Below, one piece after another: positions 1 to 12,240 of a stretch of 64,000 bases of DNA. Source of the DNA: Eledone cirrhosa (taxonomy: Eukaryota). How positions within the stretch are numbered: position 1 is the stretch's first letter; every line of letters starts with the position of its first letter. The notes beneath the pieces are model-generated. The model saw nothing but the letters and a program-made list of their open reading frames with translations. It was not told the DNA's origin and made no database searches. The stretch is taken from the NCBI GenBank assembly GCA_964016885.1, contig OZ024745.1:51398001-51462000 (forward strand), in the 5' to 3' direction. Position numbers and translations under genes: made by a program.

Positions 1-12
1 CAGTCTAACATA

Positions 13-678
13 GTGACATCCATCTCCCCCACAAAGAAAACCAACACGGAAACATTACCAGCAAACATACCTCTTCCCTCCAACACTGAAGATAACCCAA
101 CGAATTCGGAGGAAGAAACGGAGTCCTTCAGACAGATTAAAAGGAAAAAAAGAAAACATGTGCAAAACACACAAGGACAAACAACCCCCACCCAAATCGC
201 AACACAATCCAACAAAACAGAAAACACCCCTCCAGCAACAAACAAAACCAAACCTGCCCCTCCCCTCTTCGAAACACTCACACCATCGGAACAAAAGACA
301 TTACACTATACTTACATCAACAGAAACAATAATAAATTAAATGAACTCATATACAATAATCCTTCGGTACAAACCGAAGGTGTAAACTTTGCTTCGTCAG
401 AAAACCACCCACATTTAAAACTAATAAAAATCCCAATGAACCTCTACCAAAAACTAAAAAAGGATTTTAAGGAGGACGTAGGACCACCCTCTGTCAAACC
501 CATAAACCGCGTCCTACTAAAAAGCTTTCCCCCTCCCCTTCCCCTCCCCAACACAACTCCAAACACCCCAACCCCACCACACACTGACGACCCCACACCA
601 CCACAAGACACCCCTTCACCCAACACCCCCGACACCATGGAAGTCGTGCAACCCGAACCCCGGGAAGCGGAAAGGTAG
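13..678 (+). CDS. ORF1p C-terminal part (Pro/Thr-rich, basic KRKKRK stretch)
   Basis: Open frame ending 33 nt before ORF2. It aligns to the downstream part of ORF1 in copy 2, which carries a CCHC-like knuckle. Confidence 0.7.
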   Translation: MTSISPTKKTNTETLPANIPLPSNTEDNPTNSEEETESFRQIKRKKRKHVQNTQGQTTPTQIATQSNKTENTPPATNKTKPAPPLFETLTPSEQKTLHYTYINRNNNKLNELIYNNPSVQTEGVNFASSENHPHLKLIKIPMNLYQKLKKDFKEDVGPPSVKPINRVLLKSFPPPLPLPNTTPNTPTPPHTDDPTPPQDTPSPNTPDTMEVVQPEPREAER

Positions 679-711
679 GTCTCTACACTCTCTTTTGGCT
701 CTGCCGCCCAC

Positions 712-3700
712 ATGGATGTGTTAAGAGTAGGATGTTTGAATGCACGTGGCCGGGGCTCAACTTGGAAGCAAGCAAAGCTTCTAAATGACCTCAGGTCATG
801 TAGTATAAATGTAATGGTTATCTGTGAGACTCGAATCAGCGTCATGCGGCAGCTGGCCCCCACCTTCGATGACTTTGAGGTGCATGCATCTCTCTGTCAA
901 CCTGGAGGTGGGGGTGGGGTTGTCGTACTGCTGCAAAAACACCTGGGTCTTGCCGTACAGGTTGTGCACTCGGACCCGGAGGGTCGTTTGTTGGTGCTAG
1001 ACGTTGGCAGTAGTGAAAGTGCGGCCTTGAGACTGGTCGCCGTCTACTCCCCTTTCGGAGCTGAACGGCCCGACTTCTTCCAACGTTTGGAGACTTTTCT
1101 GGGAACGTCGCGTTCCCTGCTTCTAGCGGGGGATTGGAATTACATCCTGGATGCACGTTGGGACTATGCAGGAGCATGTCCTAATAGAGGGGGGTGTAAC
1201 AGCCTCAAGGGGTTACTCGACCGTTTTAACTTGGTCGATAGATATCGACTAGATTTTCCAACTGTGCCTACCTGGACTTGGAGAAACCACAGTGGTCAAT
1301 CTAGATCGTACTTAGATAGATTCTTAGTTAGAAGTAAGGATAGGGACATATTAAGCTGTCCAGAAATGCGCACGGTTGGCTACACGGATCACAAATTAGT
1401 GACCTGCGTGGTCAATCTCGAGAAAACACATAGACAGGGTCCCGGTTACTGGAAACTTAATTTGTCTTTACCGGCAAAAGAGACTTACAGAAACCGGATT
1501 AGCAGATTAGTTAAGGAGAGGTTGACGGGTGCAATCGTCAACAACCGATGGTGGGCATCTCTCAAAAGAGAGATTAGAACAGAATCAATAAGTTATAGCA
1601 AGATGTTAGCTGCCGATAGGAATAGAAACGAGAAAGAATTAACAGGTAAATTAGAAGAGGCAATCAAGAGCGAAGATGTGGCCAGAGTGCTGGCATTGAG
1701 GACGGCCTTGAACCAGTTTTTCGATGCAAAGCATGAAGGCTGCGTCATTCGAAGTAAAATACGTGCTCTAGGTAATGAGGGGGCCAAAGCCGTTGGATGG
1801 GCCCGCGTGACAGAAGCTAAGAGTGGAAATCGATCCACCATCCGGTCGTTGCAAGACGAAGATGGACGAGTGATCCGGGAGCCTAAGCAGATGTGCGAGG
1901 CCTTTCAAAAGCACTTTGCCCGATTGTTCGGGGGAGGCGAGGGTCCGGGCCGGGGCGTGGATTTCGGTCCATACCTCGACGGCCTGCCGCGTCTCTCGAA
2001 CAAAGAGGCAGAGTCCTGCGAGGGACCAATCTCGGCTGATGAGATCGGAGATGCGCTGAGCCAATGCAGCAGACGCAAATCTCCAGGTCTCGATGGTATA
2101 CCTTACGAAATTTATTTAGCAATACCGGTCTTCTTCTCCGAACTCCTCGAAGCGGTCTACTGCAATTGGCAGCAGAACGGGAGAATTCCTTGTTCTGTAG
2201 CCAAGGGCGTAGTCACGCTGGTGAGGAAGGACGGAAACAAGGGGGATAGTATAAATAATTTTCGGCCCATAACCCTGCTAAACACAGAGTTAAAGATTTT
2301 GGCCAAGGTGTTAGCAAAGAGGTTGGCGCTTGTCGTGGGTGGCCTGGTGGGAGATGCGCAGACATGTGCTATCCCATCCAGGTCCATTCACGATAACCTC
2401 CACCTCATGCGATACATCATAGAGAGGGTTGGCAACAAACCCGGCTTCGGTGGGGCCCTGATCAACTTGGATCAGTCTAAGGCCTTCGATAGGGTCGACC
2501 ATGGTTACCTGGATGCGGTGCTAGCGGCGGCTGGGTTCGGTCCTGTTTTCAGAGGCTGGATCACTGCCCTACATAGCAACCACATCTGTTCTAGGATCAA
2601 GGTGAACGGCTACCTTTCGAAGCCGTTCGAAATCACACGATCCATTCGACAGGGGTGCCCTCTCTCCACCCTTCTGTACGTATTGACTCTTGAGCCTTTA
2701 CTGAGGAAGTTGGAGTTGTTGCAGGGTATCCCCCTGGAACCAGGATTGAGCAAAGCGGTGTCGGCCTACGCCGATGACGTAACAGTAATGGTATCAACCG
2801 ATTCGGAGATCGAGGCGATCGGTACCTTACTGGAGGAGTACGAAAGGTTGTCAGGAGCGAAACTGAACCGGAAAAAATCCATCGGGCTGCAACTCGGAAC
2901 GTGGAGAGGCAAACCGATGCCTCCTGACGGTGTCGTCGGACACTGGACGGAGGGCCCGGTAAAGTTGCTTGGGGTCTGGTTTGGACCGGACCTCCAGGTG
3001 GAAAAGAACTGGAACGAGGTTACGAACAAGGTGTTTGCACTAACCCAGAAATGGGCCAAGTGTAAGCTGTCCCTAAAAGGCCGGGCGGAGGTGGCGAACA
3101 TTTACATAGCGTCCGTCACTTACTACCGCCTGACTGTCGTGCCTTGCCCTAAGGAAACACTCACCACCATGGAACGCATGCTCTTCCAATTTCTTTGGAA
3201 GAAGCGTCCTCCTATGGTGAGAAGATCCATCTGCTGCCAACAACCTTCGAAAGGAGGGCTGGGGATGCCGTGGTTGATGATGCGTAGCCACGCATTAAGG
3301 CTACGGCACCTACAGGTATTCCTCACTGGTCAACCGGTGTGGGCTCCGTTCGTGAAACGAGCCTTTCCGAGACTCGTCTCACTCACCGAGCTACAGCAAA
3401 GATCCGGAAAGATCCGCAAAGATCCGGAAAACTGGGAGACTGGCACACTGAGTGTGCTCAGGCGCTCAGGGCTCTCTGGCAAGCGGGCCAGGCCATCGGT
3501 GGAGAATCCACCTCATCATTCTATAGAGGGCTGGTGGCTAGCAGGGGCGATGACACCCTTGGAGAGTCGCTGGACATGGAAGAAGACGAACTGGCCAGCC
3601 TGTTCGGTAGGACTTTCGGCCCAGGACCAATGGACAACTTCCAGAAGTCACTGGCCTGGCAGTGCTACCGAGGGGCTCTACCCGTTCGAGAGAGGCTCTA

Positions 3701-4157
3701 CAGACACGGGCGCCCGGGCAGGGATCCCTCAAAAAAGATTTGCCCTAGATGCGTGCGTCACGAAGAAACCGTAGCGCACGCATTGGTGCAATGTCCGGGC
3801 GTGGCTGATCTGTGGGGCTACGCCGAACAACTGCTGTCGCGGGTGGCGCCGATTAAATTGACCGCCGAGTCCGTGATGACAATCAAACTGCCTCCCCTCT
3901 TCACAAAGGAAGCAAAGGCGGTTTTTCTGTGCGTAATAGCCATGTTGAAAGAGGTTGTTTGGTGGACACGATTGAAAGGTCTGAGGTCAGGCAACTTCCT
4001 CCCTGGCCATAGTCTGGTCTACTTCTTCCGATATCACTTCGGAAGAAGGATAAGAATGGAGAGAGAGGTGCTTGGCCACAGGCAGTTTTATGAAAGGTGG
4101 GTGATAGTGGCGAGAATGGCTCGTGTAAATGGGCCTTCTCTGTATACCATCCTGTAG
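712..4157 (+). pseudogene. ORF2p (APE endonuclease + reverse transcriptase + C-terminal CCHC) with one frameshift near 3400
   Basis: EN motifs LNARG, ICET, GDWN, SYLDRF, TDH. RT motifs PGLDG, FRPITLLN, LDQSKAFDRV, RQGCPLS, YADD. The C-terminus CPRC..ETVAHALVQC lies in another frame (ORF 3339-4157). Confidence 0.92.
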
Positions 4158-4371
4158 GTAAAGAAGTAAAGGAGAGGGGAGCACCTTCTCCATGTGCTCC
4201 CCGGGCAAAGGATTGCACACTTTTTCGGGGGTGTGTGCAACCCCCATCACGTCCCCTCCCTTTTGAGGTTATTTTCGATTATTTTCATGTTACACCCTTT
4301 TTACTCGATTATATGTAAACTCCCCCTTTGTATTTGTCCCTTCTTTTTATGCCTTTATGGTAAATAAAGAA

Positions 4372-4507
<136 letters not shown>

Positions 4508-4722
4508 AGTATGTATGTATACGTACATACATATATGTATACAGACGTACAGTAGTATGTATATATATATACATACATGCACATATATTTATATATGTAC
4601 GTATGGGTTTACCGAACATTTATTATAATGTTCGGTTTGTTTGTAAACAACAAACAGCCCGAATTACGTCGTACAGTGTTCAGGCAACCATCGTCACCTT
4701 TTTGTTCAACACTGACACAGGA

Positions 4723-4765
4723 ACGATGTACTAGTTTCAAGCTTATTAGCTATCGTCAGCATCGT
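4723..4765 (-). ncRNA. Minimal type I hammerhead ribozyme
   Basis: Minus strand reads acgaug CUGACGA u-agcu-aaua-agcu-u GAAA cuag UA caucgu: 6-bp stem I, 4-bp stem II, palindromic stem III, GUA cleavage triplet. Confidence 0.85.
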
Positions 4766-5019
4766 ATACATCTCTGTCAGATGGTTGAACGTCTGAAAGT
4801 ATATACTTTCCTTATGCATATTAACGGCTGAGCAGCCTAATTTGCATATCGAGTGAGTTAGTCGGCCGGGCGCACCGAAAACGATAAATGCAAAAGAATG
4901 AAACGAAATTTCATTTCTCATTCTTAGTACGGCTGGTACTTAAATGTAAGTATGTATGTATACGTACATAGATATATGTATACAGACGTACAGTAGGATG
5001 TATATATATATACATACAT

Positions 5020-5081
<62 letters not shown>

Positions 5082-5203
5082 GTATGGGTTTACCGAACAT
5101 TTATTATAATGCTCGGTTTGTTTGTAAACAACAAGCAGCCCGAATTACGTCGTACAGTGTTCAGGCAACCATCGTCAGCTTTTTGTTCAACACTGACACA
5201 GGA

Positions 5204-5246
5204 ACGATGTACTAGTTTCAAGCTTATTAACTATCGTCAGCATCGT
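5204..5246 (-). ncRNA. Minimal type I hammerhead ribozyme (second unit)
   Basis: Same as 4723-4765 except one stem II change (C-G to U-G wobble), which is compatible with the structure. Confidence 0.83.
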
Positions 5247-5606
5247 ATACCTTTCTGTCAGATGGGTGAACGTTTGAAAGTATATACTTTCCTTATGCAT
5301 ATTAATGGCTGAGCAGCCTAATTTGCATATCGAGTGAGTCGGCTGGGCTCACCGAAAACGATATATATATATATATTATATATATATATATATTATATAT
5401 ATATATTATATATATATATAAGAAATAGAGGTGTGACACACGAGTTGTGATATATTAGTAAAAAGGAAAAGAAAATGCTGACAAATTTTTCCCAGTGAAA
5501 AATAGTTTAATTAGGAATGAGTATAAATTAGTTATAAGTATTGGGTAGTATTCAGTTTTAGTTTTAAATTTTTACTGGTTGCGCATTTCTAATGCTTTTC
5601 AAAAAT

Positions 5607-5684
5607 AATTTTGAGATAGAGCGTCCGTGATGTTTGCTCTGATCCACATCAGAGCAAACATCACGAGCGCTCTATCTCAAAATT
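5607..5684. repeat. Near-perfect hairpin (~37-bp arms, 4-nt loop)
   Basis: aattttgagatagagcg..gtgatgtttgctctgat ccac atcagagcaaacatcac..cgctctatctcaaaatt. Confidence 0.9.
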
Positions 5685-6795
5685 GGGTAGACCATTACTC
5701 AACAGAATAGTCGATACTCAACTAGCTGTTGAAATGTGTGTGTATGTGCGCAGGTGTGTGTGCGTGTGTGTGTGCGTGTGTGTGTGTGCGTTTAAATACC
5801 CCTTTGGTCATGATATTGCCAGAAAAGCCCGATACAACTACGCACCGATGACGTTGCATTTCATTTCTGAACATTCATGAGTGAACTGGAGCAACGTGAA
5901 ATAAAGTGTTTTCCTCAAGTAGTCAACTCATAACCCAGTCCGGGCATCCAACTCATAACTCTCTATCCTCTTAGCTACGTGCCATCATAATACATACATA
6001 TATCTATACAATACTCAGCCAGACTAGATATAATAAATAGATTTTCTTCAGCTGGGATTTGTAATTGTTAAACAAAATGTGTGCTAATGAAAAATGTCAG
6101 CTGATAGATCTGTTGTGCCAGCATTTATCATTACGAATAGGTGCTACAAAATATGGTTCACATTTGATAAGAAGAGGTGTGACAGAATCTAATTATTCCT
6201 TCTATAAATTCACTACTTATAGCTCCATATCTACGTCACTACGTCAACTATTCCATTCATATGTATGTCTACTCACTCATACAGATAGACAAAAAAAAAA
6301 TACGAAATGTATATTTATAATTTATAAATTAACATTTATTCAACTTCGAGGAAAAAGTACATATATCTGGATGTAAGCTTGTGTATGTAAGTGTTTGTAA
6401 TATGCATGTGTGTAAAGTGGGGAATAGGCAGGTTCATTGGAAGATATTGGAGCTTTTTGATATTGGTTTTGGCGCACTGAACTGTGAGTTCAAGTCCCAC
6501 CGGATCAACATAAATATTCATCCTTTGAAGGTTGATACATAAAGTATCACTACATTGTGCCAATTATTCCTCTATTGAACGTTCTCACGTTATCTCATTT
6601 CTATATCTTTCTAGATGAAATTCATTGTTCCAACCTTGAAGTGAATGGGCTCTGCTAAGTTTAACTGATCATATTACAACGAGACCCCTATGACTCCATC
6701 CGCAATGGGCATCATCGCGCCCATTTGAATCAGTTATGATGGTTTATGTGCTCTGATAATGAACTATTTTATGTAGCAAAAATATGGTGTAAACT

Positions 6796-6812
6796 TGTTG
6801 TTGTTGTTATGG

Positions 6813-6862
<50 letters not shown>

Positions 6863-7320
6863 CTTCTTCTTCTTCTTCTTCTTCTTCTTCTTCTTCTTCT
6901 TCTTCTTCTTCTTCTTCTTCTTCTTCTTGAATGGAGTGTCGTGATGGCAAGATACTCAAACAAGAATTCCAGCAGTCTTGACATAAGCAACCGCCACCAA
7001 TTGATCCGGCTGGATCTCCAAGTGAGACAAGCCTAGCTCTCAGTTTCAGCGTCTACACTTGAATTTTCTGTCTGTTGCTCATTTCCCGTAAAATAGGTTC
7101 AGTGATTCTTTCCTAAGACAATCTAAACTCATGACTGTTGTATCGGAGCTGTGATCTCTCAATTCGGAGATGTAGCGGCTCTAACTTCCGCAATTCTCTG
7201 ATCTCCGAGCTAAGGACTCTGTTGAGTAACGTTATTTAAAGATCCTTCGGTGGAACCTCATTTCGGCCGATTGTATTCGCGATCGTATTATTATTTCGGT
7301 CATATTCAATCGCCGCCGAA
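6796..7320 (-). mobile_element. RTE-like LINE 3' remnant with (GAA)n(CAA)n tail
   Basis: Minus-strand peptide RIQSAEMRF.RRI, typical of the RTE post-RT region, running into a (GAA)n/(AAC)n array at 6796-6927. Confidence 0.55.
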
Positions 7321-7430
7321 TTCTAAAACACACGTGTTTATTTACACGCATACGCTCCCCCCACTCACACACACATACACACACATGCACACATACACTC
7401 ACACACAGACGCATACACACACATACATAC

Positions 7431-7496
<66 letters not shown>

Positions 7497-7642
7497 TTTG
7501 AGTATATGTTGGTTGTATACCAACACCTCAATATGCAGCCTGGAGCACTCGACGAAGTGCGCAGGTTGGTTTGGTTACTCCGGAGTAATGTAAAATAAAG
7601 TTAAATAAAAAGTCAAATGTTTAAAATTTAGCTTCGTTTATT

Positions 7643-7697
7643 ACTGCTATATATATTTCAGTGACCGCCATCTTTGGCTGTGACCTCTTCAGGCAGT
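7643..7697 (-). ncRNA. Type I hammerhead ribozyme (left arm)
   Basis: acugc CUGAAGA ggucacagccaaagauggcggucacu GAAA uauaua UA gcagu. Confidence 0.7.
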
Positions 7698-7812
7698 TTG
7701 ATTCCAGTTCCTCAGTGAAATAACAACCCAACCAGGAACTGGTCATATCAGAGTATTGACAATATTATACACCTCAACAACATATGTACTTGTCTATACC
7801 ACACTAATTCCA

Positions 7813-7867
7813 ACTGCCTGAAGAGGTCACAGCCAAAGATGGCTGCCACTGAAATATATATAGCAGT
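7813..7867 (+). ncRNA. Type I hammerhead ribozyme (right arm)
   Basis: acugc CUGAAGA ggu-ca-cagcca-aaga-uggcug-cc-acu GAAA uauaua UA gcagu: stem I acugc/gcagu, palindromic stem III, AUA triplet. Confidence 0.8.
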
Positions 7868-7928
7868 AATAAACGAAGCTAAATTTTAAACGTTTGACTT
7901 TTTATTTAACTTTATTATATATATATAT

Positions 7929-8134
7929 ATAGGAAAATGTATGACCCCGACGGCAGAGCTCAAGCCGTTTCGACGGCTATCTCTGGACTAATATTTCTGT
8001 CCAGAAATAGCCGTCGAAACGGCTTGAGCTCTGCCGTCGGGGTTATACATTTTCCTATTTCCCACTCTACTACCCTATGTATTGAGTACTCTGATGCGTT
8101 ATGATCCATCTGGTTCCTTACCACAACTCCTTCG

Positions 8135-8136
<2 letters not shown>
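7929..8136 (+). mobile_element. Fold-back element with 3' half of an HHR plus ~80-nt tail (family B, copy 1)
   Basis: Arms 7929-7988 and 7999-8058. The right arm reads GAAA cggc..gccg UC gggg (stem III and GUC). Embedded in (TA)n. Confidence 0.75.
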
Positions 8137-8168
<32 letters not shown>

Positions 8169-8169
8169 C

Positions 8170-8349
8170 AACACGTAGGACCCCGACGGCTGAGCTCAAG
8201 CCATTTCGACGGCTACTAGAATTAGCCGTCGAAACGGCATGAGCTCAACCGTCGGGGTCCTACTTGTTCCTATTACCCACTCTAATACCCTAAATATTGA
8301 GTACTTTGGCGCGTTATGGTCCATCTGATTCCTTGCCACATTTCCTTCG

Positions 8350-8352
<3 letters not shown>
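8170..8352 (+). mobile_element. Fold-back element, family B, copy 2
   Basis: Arms 8170-8215 and 8223-8268, with the same tail as 8059-8136; flanked by (TA)n. Confidence 0.75.
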
Positions 8353-8443
<91 letters not shown>

Positions 8444-9314
8444 TTGAAGTATAGCGAAAGGAGTTGAATTACATATGTGAAAAATTATGACCAATGTTTT
8501 ATCAAGTGTTTTTTTTATTGTGGAAAACAAAACAATTAGAAAGTTAAACTGATAAAAATGAGAATTCATAGGAATTAAAGTGTAAGTTAATTTCGCTCGA
8601 AGAATAGATTAAGTTACGAGAAAGCCAACTGAGAGAACATACAAAAGAATTTCCAAACTTCAAATAATATTTGAGATATTAAAAAAAGTAAATGAATATC
8701 AGTTATCCTCATGGAATTTTCTTTTCTCTTTTCGAACAGTTGAAACAAAAATACCATAGAATTTAGAGCACTACAGCAAAATGTACAATAGCGGAAAGAA
8801 TTCACGAATAAGATAAAGGAAAAATAACAAATTACAACAAATAACGCTGACTGCCTAACGATAGGAAGATTCAATTAGACAATACGATTATATCAGAGTA
8901 CCATAGCTGAACACCATCAAAGACAAACCAATAATAAAAAAAGAACTTATTAAATGATATGCCATAACAAAAGCGAATCAGCAAGAATTACAACCAAAAC
9001 AAAATCAAAAGTAAAATTACGAATAAAAAATATAAATATTAAAGCAATAATACAAAATCGAAATAGAAAATTTGCCTCAAGAAAATGATGGTTATATTGC
9101 ATTATACATACATACAAACATACATATATACATACATATATAAACACACACACGCACATACATATAAATAGGGAGAGTTGAAATGTTAATTGAGTTAAAA
9201 GAGATTGACATTCGTGCAAATATAAATAAATCACACGGAAAGATAAAAGAATTTATAGAAGCTAAAGAAAATGAAATTTATGCAAAAACAGAGATGAGTA
9301 ACAAAACTAATTTA

Positions 9315-9365
<51 letters not shown>

Positions 9366-9511
9366 TATAGAGATGATAAGGCGTGCTTATAATAAGATTA
9401 GAAATTAATATGCTACTTTTAATTTTGATGGGGAGAATAAATGACAAAATAGATTTAAACAATAACGGCAAAAGTACAAACACCAACATCAGATTATATA
9501 GTAGTAGTATC

Positions 9512-9553
<42 letters not shown>

Positions 9554-10374
9554 TACTGTTGTTGTTGCTGCTGAAAGAAAATATCAGACAAACATTGGTA
9601 GAAATCATTTTAATGTGTTTTTTTTTTGCAATAAGATATTTATCTTCTCGATAAACAGACATCATGATTTGGCATTCTGCTAAGATAGCACACGAGAAAG
9701 TCAGCATGTGTGTTATGTATAGACTATAATCATTTTCAACATATAAGTTTACCTGTTAGGAGATGTCTTGATTCTGCTAAACTTAAATTTGAATAATATG
9801 TTTCAAGACACCCATTACAAATATATCGCTTTCTGAACGCGCCCAATATTCAGGATTGTCAATTTGCATATTTTTAGAACGACAAAATAAAAATCAATTA
9901 CATATATATCAGCCATAACGTCAAAAGGCCAGAAATGATAATCTTTGTCACACTTTAATATGTGTGAAATAACTACGAAACCTCGATCACATTTCACAAT
10001 AACACGAAATATATTCTATGTAAAGTAATTAAAATAATTCATTTTAATAAATGATTTGAAGTTATAATTCGTTAGCCATGGAATAATGTAGTAATAATGG
10101 TTTTTGTCAGTGGAAACAGTGGGAAGCCAATTGCAAGATAATTGTAGAAAAATTAAACACAGACGAGACGAAATAGCAAAAATAATTTTAAAAGAACTGA
10201 AGGCATTCTTAGGCTTATAATAGACACGGAAAGAACAATTTCATATGAATTCAGATGTGAGATGAAGTCCATCTGTTAATACAAAGCATATTCGTATACT
10301 CGTACAAATACATACATACGAACACAAACACACACACGCACACATATGTATACACACACACACACAAACACAAT

Positions 10375-10434
<60 letters not shown>

Positions 10435-10435
<1 letters not shown>

Positions 10436-11370
10436 GAGGGGTGACAAATGTTTTGAGCCTCCTAGAGACGGTAGAATATACAACTTCTTATTTATTTTTC
10501 ATTATAGTCTCCCTTTGAGTACATTCACTTCTTCCAATGGTGCTGAAGAGATTGGATCCCGTTGAAGTAGAACTGCTTAGTTTGGTGCTCCTGTTAGGTG
10601 CTCACAACATCTATGACGTCATCATCTGTGGCGTAGGTTGTTATATATTTTTTTATATTTCGGAGTAAATGAAAGTACTAGGACTGGCAAGTATGGTGGA
10701 CGAGTGACGAGTTGGAAACCCCAGTTATGGATTGTTTCCATTGTCACTCCCGAAGTGTGGGCAGGAGCATTGTCATGGTGGAACAAGTCTCCTTTTTTCA
10801 GCATTTCCTGGCCTCTTCTTGGTGTTGACGCGCAGAGGTTTAAGCAGATTGGTATGGTAGTGTCCAGTGATGGTGTTGCCTTTTTGGAGATAATCCTCCA
10901 ACAAAACTCCTTGTGCATTCTTGGAAATGCTAGCCATGACTTTTCCTTCTTCGAGGTGCGTGAGGGTTGGCGATTCCACTGTTTAACCTGCTCTTTTGCT
11001 TTAGGTTGGTAGTGCTGGACCCAGGGTTTGTACATGGTTAAATATTATGCCAGGAAATCTTGCAGATCAGCTCCAAAAACTTCTAAATTGATGGAGGACA
11101 TCGTACGACGAGAGCGTTTCTGTTCTTAACTCGAACGACGTGGAACCCAGCCTGCAAACCCTTTTATCAAATCAACCTCCTGGGAGATGACTAATATGTT
11201 TGCTATCTGGCAATATGTCAATCGTCGAACCTCCAAGGACAATTTCAATGTTCTTTGGTGTGGTCACTATTGACGAACTCCCAGACCTGGGGTCATCTTC
11301 CACAACTTCCTTGCCACACTAGAATTCATTGACCTAGCGTTTGATATTAGCATACGATGAGGCATCTCTC
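10435..11370 (-). mobile_element. Degenerate mariner (Tc1/mariner) transposon
   Basis: Peptides LFHHDNAPAHTS and QLVTRPPY (HPPYSPDL-like), GKVMASI..GVLLEDYLQKGNTITG. TIR-like start TA|CGAGGGG at 10435. The right boundary is approximate. Confidence 0.8.
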
Positions 11371-11499
11371 CTTAATGTGTGGATCTAACATATACACACG
11401 TCTCTGTCATTGGGATTTGAATAACATCACCTAGGTATATATGCATGCAATCTTATTTGTCTCATGAAGACAGACTTTCTCAATAGATGGGCTCATACG

Positions 11500-12240
11500 C
11501 TTAGTAGTTAGTAGATGCTGTTGGAGGGATATGATTGATGCGACACTCAAATTCTGTCTGGACTGATGTTAGGCCTATGTGGCACTGTTTACGTTTCAGG
11601 TAGAGGCGGTCTATATCACTCTTGGTGTAGACATTTCTGGTATAGTTTAAGATGTTTTTGTGTTTTAACATGGATAGCTTGGGTTTCATCTATCGTCCAA
11701 TCGAGTATTCCAAATGTTGGTATATTTTAGGACAGTCACAGCAAACGCATTGTGAGCAACTGTTTTATTGTATGCAGAGATTTAATCGATTTCCCCTCCC
11801 ACAAAATTGTTGGCCTTTTGCCTAAATCAGAACTTATTATTATTATTATACTTGGGTCGCTGTCATTGATGTTATGTAACTGGAAAGTTTGTTCAAATGA
11901 ATAGCAAGCCGCTACTTGCAGCCTGATATATTCAGGACATATCGGAGTGTTCTTGCTGTTACCAGCAAGCATGCCTTTTGAAGTGTTCCAAAAATAAAGG
12001 GCTGGACTAATGTTCTTTAACCATCCATGAAAACTGTTTGAGATAGTACCTACAGTTCCTATGACAATCAGGACCACCTTGATCTCACGACAGTGCCAAA
12101 TCCTTTTTAACTACCACTTTAAATCCAGGTATCGGTTAAATTTCTCCTTCTCCTTTTCTTCCACTCTTGTGTCCAAGGGACAGGCTACATCTACAATCAG
12201 ACACGATCTTTTTTCCTTGTCAATGAATTTCTGATGCCAT
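11500..12240 (-). mobile_element. R4/Dong-like non-LTR retrotransposon remnant (restriction-like endonuclease region)
   Basis: Minus-strand DIDRLYLKRK, CLIVDVACP.DTRVEEKEKEK..RY.DLK and VIGTVG motifs; fragmented. Confidence 0.65.

Larger units (their letters stand above)
1..4371 (+). mobile_element. L1/Tx1-clade non-LTR retrotransposon, copy 1 (5' end outside window, near-intact)
   Basis: ORF1 tail, then APE endonuclease-RT-CCHC ORF2, short 3' UTR with AATAAA at 4363-4368, followed by (ATCT)n. Homologous to 33259-38294. Confidence 0.92.
7594..7916. mobile_element. Inverted-repeat element (105-bp arms, ~113-bp spacer) with an HHR in each arm; Penelope-like pLTR
   Basis: 7594-7698 is the reverse complement of 7812-7916; the right end abuts (TA)n. 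Confidence 0.85.

Noticed and set aside
5150-5185. Second CUGACGA on the minus strand in the tandem unit
   Set aside because: It is followed by GAAC rather than GAAA, has no stem I, and the motif is broken in unit 1.
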